Below are positions 1-11,574 of a DNA stretch of 64,000 nt, one piece after another (the first letter of the stretch is position 1; each line of letters opens with the position of its first letter). The translations under genes and the position numbers were made by a program. Below the pieces are notes generated by a model. That model was not told the DNA's origin. It searched no databases and was given only the letters and a program-made list of their open reading frames with translations. Source of the DNA: Heterodontus francisci (taxonomy: Eukaryota); assembly GCF_036365525.1 (NCBI RefSeq), contig NC_090404.1, positions 9,362,001 through 9,426,000 of the forward strand. Direction: 5' to 3'.

Positions 1-526
1 GAAGGGCGACTGAAACCAAAAAGGCGATGAAAAAAGGTATCAAAAGGTTGCGATAGTGAGATACAAACCGTGAAGAGGACATTGTGCAAAGACTAGAAAA
101 CGGCGTGGAGACTCACTAAAGAGTAATTTTAAGTTTATTTACCGGTTTAACGTGTTCATTATTAATTTAAAAAATAACCTGAAGACATTGGAACGCTGTC
201 AAGTTAGCAAGGTGTAACTAAAATATAATATATACAATACATAAAAACTCAAAAACGTGAAAGATGCGAGTTTGAGTCAGTGCAGAGCAAGAGATCAACA
301 CTGCTCCCAAAGGAAACGGATAATATCAGTTCTGCTGTATCTATTGCCTTACCTGGTAAGACGCTTAGCAATCTGACTTGTTAACTGTGCTTTGTTTTAT
401 ACTAGCTACAACTATTCAATTATCACAACCGTTTTGGTGTAGTGTCCTTCAGAATATCGTACAAAAGAAACTGATAAACAATAGCTCTCCGGATTGAAAG
501 AAAAATACTGGGGGAGATTCTGATGG

Positions 527-545
527 TTGCCACCAGATGGCAGCA
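527..545 (+). promoter_or_regulatory. CTCF-binding motif
   Basis: TTGCCACCAGATGGCAGCA closely matches the CTCF core consensus (CCACCAGRKGGCRS). Confidence 0.55.
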
Positions 546-959
546 AACACCGCGTAACCATCCCACAACATCTGTCTACAATTGATGATCTCTGCCAGTA
601 TTCTGCAGGTCACGCACAGTGTCGCCCATTAACTGCTCAGCTGAGGTTCCTGAAGATAATTTCACCTTCTGGCAGGCCTGGGACTTGTCTGTCAGAAACT
701 CGGTGGTTTAAAATTTTCTTGTGCCCCTAGACCGACTCCGATTAAATTGGGTAGTTCACTTGTCCTCAGGGAAGTGGATTCTCCAGCCTGTCTCTGTCAA
801 TCTCGATAGTCCGTCGGTGTATAATATAGACTCAGGTCACTTCTACAAATTCTAACACCCATTCTGTCAATATTCGCACAATCTGGTTTAAGATGATCCA
901 GTGAGAAGTGTGAAATCCATTCGCACCACAAAACATATCCTTTGCCGAGTTATATTTCA

Positions 960-1440
960 CCTTTGGATCTATCTCAGTTATTACATGCACTCGACACGAT
1001 CTCTGTTTATATTACACTGGACCCTGTCTATGTTTAAATTACTCTTGCCCCTGTCCTTGTTTATATTAAACTAGACCCAGTCTCAGTTATAAGCACCCGA
1101 CCATTTCCTGTTCCTATTACACTAGGCCCAATCTCACTCATTGCTGCACGAGACCATGTCTCTGTTCATAATACAGTAGACACTGTCGGTCTTTATGTTA
1201 AAATAGACCCTGTTTCAGTTATTACTGCACTAGACCCAGTATCTGCTTATATTATAATAAGCCCTGTCTCAGTAATTTCTGCATAAGACTTGCCTCTGTT
1301 TATGCTACATCAACCACTATCTTTGTTAGGACTAGGCCACGCCTCTGTTTATATTACATTAGATCTTTTCTCTTTTGTATCACTCCAGGCCGTATCTCAG
1401 ATATTACTACACTAGACCATGCCTCTGTTTATATTCTGCA
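960..1440. repeat. Degenerate ~30 bp tandem repeat (ctctgtttatattacactggaccc-like)
   Basis: Repeated variants of tctgtttatattacactggaccctg; same family as the cleaner array at 30177-30360. Confidence 0.65.
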
Positions 1441-1779
1441 GTACATTATCAGTACCGGTGCAGTGAGATGGAGAGTTTAAAGATACAGAGACAGATACCA
1501 ACCTGACTGCAAGTCAGTGACTCTGAATTGCCCTCATATAACAGAGGCCTGTCACTCAAACCCCGCTCTGCTCAGCCCAGGGCCCCTCACCTACCAAGTA
1601 ACAGCTTTCTGTATTCCAGACTACGTCCCCCAGGTGTGATAGAGTCCACGGGGCGTTGTCAGTATCCAGAATGGTTGTGGTGGGGGCCGTGGGGTGTGGG
1701 GAGTGGCTTCTGTCATGTGCCTGTGTCTTGAATGGTTCCTTCCTGGGCCAGTCTGAGGCCTCTGCTACTGGTGTCCGAG

Positions 1780-2377
1780 TGTTAGCAGGAATGAATCTAG
1801 AAGAATCACTCGACACTCAGGTCTGCTCCAATGTCAAACAGTTTATTGAGTTACGCCAGTGGGGAGCAGGTCACTGGTCTGTCCAGATGCCTCTCCACTG
1901 AACAAAGGAAAATCATCAATACTTATACATTTTCAAACAGTTACTCAGCCCATCCCGGCTGGACATGGTCCAATCACAACGATTATAGATCATATACATT
2001 GATTATTAGAGCCAATAGAAGTGGTTACTAGGCATAGAGAGGCTGCATGACAGGCCCATAGGCAGATAGGGGATTACTCATGATGTTTCCATTCCCCCTT
2101 ATCCATTATCCTTGGTTCTCATGTACGCATAACATCTTATCTTGACCTCATTACAGGCTGGTACCTTTGTCAGCATTCCACAAGGACATCTGCTTTGTCT
2201 TTGTTTAAGTTTGGATTAGTCAGCTCTTGTGTGGAATGTGGTCAAGTTAACTAAGCCCCATGATGCCTTGCAACCTCCTCAATGTTCTTTAAGATTATAT
2301 GTATCTACTTACTCAAATAACATTTGAACTATATGTATTACTGCAGGTGCCTCTGCGCTTGGGAATACCCTACAGCA
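1780..2377 (-). repeat. 3' LTR of the ERV (U3-R-U5, ~598 bp)
   Basis: On the minus strand it starts TG two nt after the PPT and ends ...CTAACA; TATAA at 1923-1927 and AATAAA at 1842-1847; U5/R part repeated at 10859-11058. Confidence 0.92.
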
Positions 2378-2379
2378 AT

Positions 2380-2389
2380 CCCCCCTTTC
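2380..2389 (-). other. Polypurine tract (PPT)
   Basis: Minus strand GAAAGGGGGG followed by AT and then TG of U3. Confidence 0.85.
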
Positions 2390-2536
2390 GGTAGGGAGAC
2401 TAACCCCAGTCTCCTTAACTGACACCATTCAATGTTGTTGTTGTTGTTGTTATTTTCTTTAACCCTTTAAACTCGCCCGGTATTCCCTGCCTCGGACGTG
2501 CTGGCCAGTCACATGATTTCAGGAATTCCGGTCGTG

Positions 2537-4925
2537 CTACATCACATTAATGTGATCCAAATGATTTAGACGCATTGTCTCCCTTGCCTTTGCTCTAATT
2601 TTTATCCTCCTTCGCCGCACATATCGCCTGCATGGTCGGCAGGCCAGTATGCCCCACGTTACAGCCAGTATCAGCTGTACCCCAACTAGCACATGAGAAA
2701 TTATCCGAATCCAGGGGTGGATGTTCACATTCATTCCCCAATCCCAAATCTTCTTCCACCAGCTCTGGTTCTGCAGTTCTGTGTCCGTATCTTTCTCTAG
2801 CTTTTTGATTTTTGTCTGCAGTTGGTGGTAGAGTTTTACGGATTGGCCCACCCTGAGCCTTAATTCCCTTAGTACATCGGCCAGGTGTGGGATGGGGACT
2901 GGTTCTGGGTCCTCGTAATCCTGTAGGTGGTCATGGAGGTAATCAGTGACGTTGATGGTCTCGGTACCTCTACGTCGAACCTGGATAATTCGGGCTTGCC
3001 CTACACTGACGGGTCGTAAGGGCATAAAGCAAAAGTTAGGAAACGGGATAGGGCATTGTAGATTATTGTAGTGGTAGGAACTGTCTGTAGTGGAGACTCA
3101 ATATTTCCCTTTACCACCGTATCCTGTTCTTGCGAAATGCATGATTTCTACGACACAACCGTCTGTCTGATTGAACCCACATTCATCCAATTCTCCCTGT
3201 CCCACTGGGTGTGGACATACTGCTTGCATCCTGGAAGGGAAATTCCATATAGTGTATTGTTCCTGAGTATGGCAGAGGTTTCAGTTAAATAGTAACAGAG
3301 GGGGGTGCTACCCTGTATGACCCCAATATTTTCCAATTGGTAGTGGGGAAATGGCCCTGAGTCCCATGTTACTGTGGGGATCATCAGAACTACCCCCACT
3401 CTTTGCCCAATTCACAGTCTGGGATGACTGGATATACTCTGGTGAGTCCTTTCAGTGTACAATTTTTTTTGAGAGATACAGCACTGAAACAGGCCCTTCG
3501 GCCCACCGAGTCTGTGCCGACCAAGAACCACCCATTTATACTAACCTTACAGTAATCCCATATTCCCTGCCGCCTACCTACACTAGGGGCAATTTACAAT
3601 GGCCAATTTACCTATCACCTGCAAGTCTTTGGCGGTGGGAGGAAACCGGAGCACCCGGCGAAAACCCACACGGTCACAGGGAGAACTTGCAAACTCCGCA
3701 CAGGCAGTTCCCGGAATTGAACCCGGGTCACTGGAGCTGTGAGGCTGCGGTGCTAACCACTGTGCCGCCCCTTTTCTCTCTGCTAATCGAGCTAAATGTG
3801 GGCTGTCTATCCAATCGGGCACCTCCCCCCTTTGGATCTGATCGAGATTGTGTCATATCTGTCCCATAAGCGTGGCAGAGTTGGCCCTGCCTTAGCTTTC
3901 CGGCATCTTCCTTTTCTCTATCTATGAGGTGATTGATGGTCTTGGCATGGGCTTCTAATATCGTAATTCCATCTAATTGTATTCCCATGCCCTCCTCTCC
4001 TAGATTGGCCTGATCTGCCTGATTTTCCTCGGCTCTGTCTAAGAGTTCCTTCATTACTCCTTTAAGTCGTTCTACCTTCTCATTTAGGCCTTGTATGTCC
4101 AGTGAGTTTATGACGGAAGTACCAGTATTGACTCCGGTAGCAACATCGTTAACTACCCCCCTCTTTGTTCTATAAAGCTGATCCTGGCCTCGAAATCTAG
4201 TGGCACCCATGGCATCGGCAGCCTGCTGCATTACAACCTTACTGAATACACTGTACATATTTCTTGCCTGTTCTGTACAATATCCCGGCATTTGTATTCC
4301 GGAGATATTGATCAGAACAGGCACAATTTCGTGTTTAACATTATCATATAATATTTCACCTTCGTTAAAGAGTGCAATTCCATTCTCTGGTCCTTTAGTC
4401 ACTGTAGGGCATGGCAATGTCTCGGGTTGGGTGGTGGTTATTACGGGGCGTGGTGTCGGAGGGGGAGGAAAGCATACATACAAAGATAACGCTGCGGCTC
4501 CCACCTCCTCATAATACCCACATAATCCCACCCCCTTTCTATAGGCAATCGTGGGCTGAGGTCCGGTGGGTGGGGCGCATAATATTCCGAACGCACACCT
4601 ATCAGGTTTCTTTACTTCCTTTCGCAGGATACAGCTGACTCTTGCTGCATCAGTAGAACATTGTATGCACACTTTATCTTCCCCGGAGCGAACCTGTAGC
4701 CATGCATTAAAATAGGTTCTACCTTTACTCCAGTCTCTGGTTGCTGGGGTACATACACCGTCCGTGAAATTATACAAAGCCCCATAGTTCATGTAGTCAT
4801 GTTCCTCTTGTGTTTGTTGCAGCTCCAACGGTGCGTCAGCATTCTCTCGTGCTTCAGTTAATTTCAGAGTTCCTAGTATCACCAGCCCCCCAGAGCTGAA
4901 AGATCCATCGCTTTGGATTCTTAAT
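2537..4925 (-). pseudogene. env: ERV env (F-protein-like class I fusion glycoprotein), frameshifted and SINE-interrupted
   Basis: ORF pieces 3728-4882, 3148-3399 and 2537-3025; furin site RTKR (4160-4171), then fusion-peptide-like GVVNDVATGV and a heptad repeat; C-terminal TM helix (WIRIISHVLVGVQLILAVTWGILAC) and basic tail. Confidence 0.88.
3462..3770 (-). mobile_element. tRNA-derived V-SINE (HE1-like) inserted in env
   Basis: tRNA-like head (ggcggcacagtggttagcaccgcagcctcacagctccag), V-SINE-type core and CR1-like tail; same family as 52179-52510. Confidence 0.85.
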
Positions 4926-5245
4926 CTGGGGGTTTAAACAGAATGACCTGGTCGTCACCAGGTGTTAGTTCTAAGTCTACTCGTTTTCTCATCTGTATGG
5001 ATCGGAAAACATCTATGGCTAATGGTTAAATTCTAGAACTGCACCATCTCTATTTCGTCCAGTTCGGGTCTGTATTGTTGGATTTGTATTAGTGCGCGTT
5101 GTGCCCGGGCCCGTGCGGTGGCCCATTCGAATATCGTCCAGATTCCTATTAATATCACCCGAACATTCCATCCTCTAATGTATTCCACCACGCCTGGTAT
5201 CGCTCAGCATACCAAGCAGTCTCCATGATGGGCACTACCTCGAGT

Positions 5246-8200
5246 TCAGCCATCGTCCCTTTGATTATATCTTTTCAGTTGGGACCAGTGTTTCCACCGG
5301 TCCCTTCCTTTCATATCGACACATACACAAGTATCACTAGTCATGATAATATCGTACGGTCCGGTCCATTTCGGGGCGAATCCCGCCTGTTCGGGGGTGA
5401 CCCGTACCAAAACTCTTTCCCCTGCTTGGGGTGTGGGTTGGTTAATTTTAGCCCTGTTCTGTAACTCTAAGTCCCGTATACTTTGCTGATCCCTTACTTC
5501 CCGTCGTAATTCCTTTAAATGTGAGTCCAAGTGTGTTATGTACTGCCTGATTCGGTCCCGTACGGGTCCCATATCCTCCCCGCCCACTATGATGTTTTCA
5601 GGAAGTTGCATAGCCCTTCCTGTCATGAGTTCGAAGGGGGGTGGGGGGGGGGGGGGTCAAGCCGGGTTGTTCGGTTTGGCATGGCTCTGAGTCTCATTAG
5701 TATACAGGGTAAGACATCTACCCACCCCTTCCCGGTCTCGGAGATGGCCTTCGCTATAGCTGTTTTTAAAGTGTGGTTCATTCGTTCTGCCATTCCTGAA
5801 CTCTGTGGGTGGTAGGGGATATGGAAGCGCTGTCGGATTCCCAATAACCCACAGGCTTGCTTCATGACCTTTCCTGTAAAGTGGGTGCCCTGATCTGAAT
5901 CGATCTGAAGGTGCACCCCCCCCAGGGCGGTATTATGTCGAAAGCAAGAATTCGTCCTACGGTGGAGGCCTCGCCAACCCGAGTAGGGAATGCTTCAACC
6001 CACCGAGTAAATTGATCAATGATTACCAGACAATACCTTTTCCCCCTACTGCTGGCTAAAGGTCCTGTAAAATCAATTTGCAAGTTCTCCCATGGGCCCT
6101 TAGGTCGGGTTTGATGCCCCATTTTTACCTTTATGTGTCTTCCCGGGTTATGTTGTGCGCATATTATACAGCGTTGGCAATACTTCACTACGTCTCTCCC
6201 CATACTGACCCACCATCAGTCTTTAGTCAAGCGGTTTAGCATTCCATCACGCCCGGTAAGGTCTGGTTCATGATATAATTTGAGTAATTCGATCTGTATG
6301 GAAGATGGGGCGACCACTCGCAATTCTTTCCGCCACACCCCATCTCTCCCAATGACTGCCCCTTGACGTTCCCATCGGGATTGCTCCTCTGAGTCCGCCT
6401 CTTCCTGTACTTTTCTAATATTTAATTCTCCCGATCCTAACACGGCTACTTGAATAACCTGTGGCGCAGCCACTTCTGCGGCATTCTGGGCTGCCTGGTC
6501 CGCCAACATGTTCCCCTGTTGTTCTTTACTTACGACCTTCTGGTGTGCTTTAATTGTTATTACGGCTGCGGCGGCTGGGCGCTTAGCTGCTTCCACTAAT
6601 TCTCGAACCACGTTCTCGTGTTTAATGTGACCCCCTCCCGATGTTACACATCCTCGTCTACTCCATGCGGTGTACTATAATCGTGTACTACCCCAAATGC
6701 GTATCTAATGTCGGTAAAAACATTCACCTGCGCGATTTCCTTCTGCTAACTTCAAGGCTTCTGTTAGAGCCACTAATTCAGCGATTTGGGCAGATATTGT
6801 TCCTTCCAGCCCCCCCTTGTGAGAGAACTGTGCCCCTTTGGTCTACCACGGCCCACCCCGTATGAAACTGCCCATTTATATATCGTCGAGATCCGTCAAC
6901 GTAGAGGGTCACATCGGGATCAGTGAGGGGTTCGTCTTCGATTTCTCCCTCTACCTCTTGATCTATTTCTACCCGGCACTGGTGAGGCTCCCCCTCGGCT
7001 ATCATCCCCTCGGCCGGGTTGAGTCCTGTGTCTCTAATGATTTGTATTGATTGATCTTTAGGTAACAGTACGGCCTCCCATGTAGCCCATCGAGCATCGG
7101 ACACTGTTTTTAATCTCCCGGTATTTAACAATTCTACTATAGTATGTTTGGTGTGTATGATTAGTTGTCCTGACATGGTGATGGGCTCGCTAACCTTTGC
7201 GGCCCATGCTGCGCAGTCAAGGGCAGCTACACATCGGCGGAGTCCCCTAACTATCGGGGATTCTTGTGTAGAGTAGTATGCCACTGGTCTCATCTTCCCT
7301 CCCCTTTCCTGGGTTACTACAGCGCTATAGAATCCCCCATCGAGGTCGTAATATATGTGAAATGGCTTAGTCATGTCTGGCAGCCTGAGGGCTGGGGCTG
7401 CCAGCAGTTCTGCCTTTAATTTACTGTATGCTTCCTCCTGCTCTTCTCCCCATTCCACTTGCTCCGTCCCTGGTTTTCACCCTTTTATTAGGCGTTGGAT
7501 AGGCTCTGCCAGGGTAGCGAATTGGGAAATGAAATTTCTATAGTAATTAAATAGGCCCATCACTCGTCGCACCCCCCGCACTGTTAAAGGTCGGGGCATG
7601 TTAGAAATTGCTGTCTTGCGGTCGGCAGGGAGGGTTTTTGCCCCCTGACTTACGTCATGTCCTAAGTATCATACCCGGGTCTGGCCAATCTGTGCCTTTT
7701 TTGGGTTAATTTTAAATCCCGACTCCTCCAGCGCCCTCAACACCGTTGTCAGGGCCCCCAAGTGTTCCCGATTAGTCGTCGAGGCTGTCAGGAAATCATC
7801 TACGTGCTGTAAGATCGTACTATTGTATGGGTTTAGGTCACACTTTTCCAGAGTCTTACTCATGACCCGGTGAAAAATATTTGGGATATTGTGAAATCCC
7901 TGTGGAAGTCTGGTCCAGGTATATTGTTTGCCCTTTGATGTAAAGGCAAATTTTTCCTGGGACTCAGGGTCCAATGGGATTGACCAGAATCCGTGTGCGA
8001 TATCCAGGATTGTAAAAAATCTGATGTTCCGGATTTAAACCATTGAAGATAGTGGCTGGACTGGATAGGATAGGATGCTCTTTCGGCGTTACCTTATTCA
8101 GGGCAGTATAATCTATCGTTAACCGGTAACTCCCATCGGGTTTTTTAACCGGCCACGTGGGGGAGTTTGTAATCGATACTGTTGGCCGGAGAATACCCTG

Positions 8201-8820
8201 CTCTACCAGAACCATTATTATACCCTCGGTCGCCTGCGTAGCTTCCAGTCTAACCGGGTATTGTTTGTGAGGTAGATGTGTTGGTCCAGCAATCCGTTCA
8301 GGTGTAGTTTTGATAGGTCCACAGTCTTGCTTACTCCTAGCCCAGACTCCTGGTGCGGCCTGACATATCGTTCCCAATATCCCATCTTTAACCCAATCCC
8401 TGGCCAAGGTTTTAATGCTGCCTATCGTTGCTGCATTTCTCACTGGGACTCATTTCCCGGTCATCTTGTCTTTATACCCCCTTTCTAGTGGCCCAAGATA
8501 TTTGTCTTTACTGTGCATCTACTATCGTGCCCAGTTCTCTGAGTCGGTCCATACCCATACCCTTCTGGGTTCGGACAGACCCAAAACTGCACTGGTAACA
8601 TTATACCTTCAACCTCTAATATCTACGTTTCACTTTTGTGGGCTGTGATTTTACTGCCCCCTACTCCCTGTATCGTAATACAATGTCGGGTAGTGGGCAA
8701 GGCGGGGTTGGTGGAGGATACTGAGGCCCCCGTATCTATTAACATTTCACATCGCCGGCCCCCTATCGATGCCTCAATCCACATACGAGGATCAGTTCCT
8801 TGCCCGGGGGCCGCTGCCAC
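5246..8820 (-). pseudogene. pol: ERV pro-pol (protease, RT, tether, RNase H, integrase), multiple frameshifts
   Basis: LIDTGASVS (protease); WPVKKPDGSYRLTIDY, LPQGFHN, HVDD (RT); LYVDGS, AELVAL, GNMLADQAA (RNase H); LQIDFTGP, SDQGTHF, PQSSGMAERMN, PKWTGPY (integrase). Confidence 0.95.
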
Positions 8821-10344
8821 TCATTGAGGCAAGGTTGGTTGTCGGGTCAACTGCTGAATGATGTCCAACAACTGTTTATTGCTCATTTTAGTGGCATCCG
8901 TGATCGTCTCGTTAGTTACGTTCCCCGTCCCTTGTCCCTGCCAGGGCCCCTTTCCTTCCTGTCCGCCCCCCTTTGCCCAGCAGTCCTTTATGTCATGCCC
9001 TATTCTGTTACAATTTGTGCATCCTTTACGGCCATTGCGCTTCGGGGCCCTACACTCAGCGCGGCGATGTCCCGGTTTGTTACAGTTAAAGCAGGTCATT
9101 TTTTTACAGAGGCTGTTTTGTACGCCTCAGTCAGAAAGGTAGTTATTTTAAATTTCTGCTGATTATCTACTGCAGTAGCCCAATTTTCCAAATCGTCATA
9201 GTTATAGTAATTTACCAAACCCTTTTTTAGTATTATAAAAGCAAAATACTGCGGATGCTGGAAATCTGAAATAAAAACAAGAAATGCTGGAACCACTCAG
9301 CAGGTCTGGCAGCAGGTCTGGCAGTTTTTAGTATTGCCTGATGAGCGGGGCTTAACCCATCTTTATATAACTGGAGAAAAGCCGGATTTTATTGATCGGC
9401 ATTTGCCATGCCACTGTGTGCTCGGAAAGCTTCGAACTTCCTGGTTCCATATTCCTGCGCCCCCTCCCCTTTGTTCTGTGTCACTCCTCCTATCGAATTC
9501 CAATTTACGGGGATCTGACCTAAGGTGGCTGTTACCGTCTGCCTTAAAAGCAATCAGGTCTAATTCCTGCTGCTGTGGGTCGGCGGCCAGATCCGCACAC
9601 CAGGTACCATCCCGGTGGGCAGCCTGGAGCCGTCCCCATTAGTTCTCAGGCATCTTGGTCTGAACTAACCCTGCAACATCCCGATTATGGAGGTTGTGAC
9701 AGATTTGCATCTCTTTGATTTTCTGCCAGAATATTGCATTGCTATGACGAGGTTTTAAAAGTGACAATCTGTCCAGCAATTTCATGGTGTCTCCGGGGGA
9801 CAAGATCATATATGTCATTCTTAGTTGTGCTGGTCGGGCTGGTTGTCCCGGGTGTCCACCCCTTCCCACTACCCCCCTTTGTGCTGGCGCTCCAGGGACA
9901 TACTCCACCTTTACAGGAGCTGTTTTTACTGCATTCGCCGGAGCGTAAGGGGCCGGGGTCTCGTCTCCTTCCTGATTATAATTATGCGCCTCTTCTTCTA
10001 GGGATCCCCAATCAATATCGTCCTCACTGGGCGGCGCGCTAGGGTGGCCCGTTAGTGCTAGCAGGACCGTTTGTCCGGACATAACGGTTACCTGCTGCTT
10101 TTTGTCCTTTATATACTGATTCCCTCGCTCTGTTAATTTTACATGGGCACGAATAACCAAAACCAGAGCTTTATCATCCTTCTCTTTCTTTTCCTTCTTC
10201 CACCACTCCCGCTGGTCAGCCAGCAGGTCGTGGGGTTTCCAACCTGAGTCAATCATCTTTTCTATTAACTTTTTGTGTTTCTCTGCCAGGTGGTAGGTAA
10301 GGGAACCCTCCGGTCCCCACTCGAGCTCTATCTTCACTGGCCAT
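8821..10344 (-). pseudogene. gag: ERV gag with two CCHC zinc knuckles
   Basis: ORF pieces 9639-10337, 9096-9296 and 8821-9099; CFNCNKPGHRRAEC and CTNCNRIGHDIKDC; PSAPP-like motif; ATG at 10344 is one frameshift from the long ORF. Confidence 0.9.
9235..9324. mobile_element. Short Penelope-derived fragment inserted in gag
   Basis: aaatactgcggatgctggaaatctgaaataaaaacaagaaatgctgg repeat flanked by TSD tttttagtatt (9224-9234 and 9325-9335). Confidence 0.75.
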
Positions 10345-10838
10345 ACTTGGGTAGGATTAGAACCGTTAGAATCTACTCTCAGAGGTCCGCTTTTAACCTA
10401 GCGCAACTTGTAGTAGACCGTCTCCTGGCTAACTGTCGGGTCACAAGTCTGTCCGTATTTCATACAACAAGCTTATGATATATATACACATACATATATT
10501 GCAAACCCTTCTCGACAGTGCCTAAGTCTCTTAACGAACTACCTACCACCGTTTGACCACTGTTCAGATCCTGTTCACAAACGTGGCATTCCTCGGTCGT
10601 GAAACACCACCCGGCCCCGGGATAAGCTTTAGATACTCACCCAGTATTCCTGATGGCATCAACGACCGCCGAATCCTGTTCTCAAGTTCGGGATCAGGCT
10701 CCAGCCAACTCCCCCTTGGTCCCTTTGTTCCCTTCGCCCACTGAAATCCTGGCCGTCACGTGGGACTCAGTCCTCTTAATTCCGGCTCAGGCTGGGTGAT
10801 TGGGATATCACGGTCGCAGAAGAGTTGACTTACACCTG

Positions 10839-10856
10839 ATCCTGCCGACTACGCCA
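10839..10856 (-). other. Primer-binding site complementary to tRNA-Ser
   Basis: TGGCGTAGTCGGCAGGAT is the 18-nt complement of the vertebrate tRNA-Ser(AGA/TGA) 3' end (...ATCCTGCCGACTACGCCA), 2 nt after the U5 terminal CA. Confidence 0.93.
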
Positions 10857-10858
10857 AT

Positions 10859-11058
10859 TGTTAGCGGGAATGAATCTAGAAGAATTACTCGACACTCAGG
10901 TCTGCTCCAATGTGAAACAGTTTATTTAGTTCCGCCAAAGGGGAGAGGCATCTGGACAGCCCAGTGACCTGCTCCCCGCTGGCATAACTAAACAAACTGT
11001 TTGACATTGGAGCAGACCCGAGTGTCGAGTGATTCTTCTCGATTCATTCCCGCTAACA
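10859..11058. repeat. Aberrant 5' terminus of the ERV: fold-back of partial R-U5 plus inverted full R-U5 (no U3)
   Basis: 10859-10945 matches 1780-1866 directly; 10942-11058 matches the reverse complement of 1780-1896; TSD abuts the outer CA. Confidence 0.92.
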
Positions 11059-11574
11059 CCGAGTCTCAGGGCTGCTCCCTGGGGATCATCTTTTAACCAT
11101 TGAGTTCAGAGAGTCTCTGAGCTGATCCACTGAGAGAATCCGTACTCACCTGCACAGGAACATTGATCAGATCTCCTTTTCAATATGTATAATTGTCTTA
11201 TTTTAACCTGCTGCTTTTTTTTCTCTGTTACCTGTCTGAATTCTTTTCAATCTCGCTTTCTATTGATTTCCCGCGACTGTTCATGGCAAAGGGGAGCCTG
11301 GGGGTGTGGAGGGAATAGGGGAGATGGGGAGAAAGCAGCAAAAGGAAAAGCCGAACAGCTGGGGATAAATTGAGCTAAAAGAAAATCCGGTTAAAGCACA
11401 GAAAAAGAAACTGCTGGTTAAAATTGTGCAAGAGTGCAATGAAAGAAAAATCTGAGCAATTCACCAGTGGAAGTGAGTGAGACCCCCAGGGTTGATCATG
11501 CCGGGGCATGTACTCAATGTTTAGAAACTGAGCAATGTACCTGTGCAGCTGAGTGAAGCTCCCCAAGGCTGTAT

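Larger units (their letters stand above)
1780..11058 (-). mobile_element. Endogenous retrovirus (defective provirus, gag-pro-pol-env)
   Basis: TG...CA termini flanked by 5-bp TSD CCGAG (1775-1779 and 11059-11063); PBS, PPT, LTR and gag/pro/RT/RNaseH/IN/env ORF fragments in retroviral order. Confidence 0.97.

Noticed and set aside
615-621. CACAGTG heptamer as an RSS
   Set aside because: No nonamer at 12 or 23 spacing and no adjacent V/D/J coding segment.
3700-3770. tRNA genes (also 52179-52250 and 24885-24960)
   Set aside because: These are tRNA-derived SINE heads followed by SINE cores and tails.
1780-11058. DNA transposon with 117-bp TIRs
   Set aside because: The apparent TIRs are R-U5 copies; the interior is gag-pol-env with PBS and PPT, and there is no transposase.
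1556-11152. Host exon interrupted by the ERV (splice-like sites near 11150 and 1589)
   Set aside because: The rejoined sequence has stops or no recognisable protein motif, and the CAG|GTGAGT site is ambiguous as donor or acceptor. Cannot be supported without a homology search.
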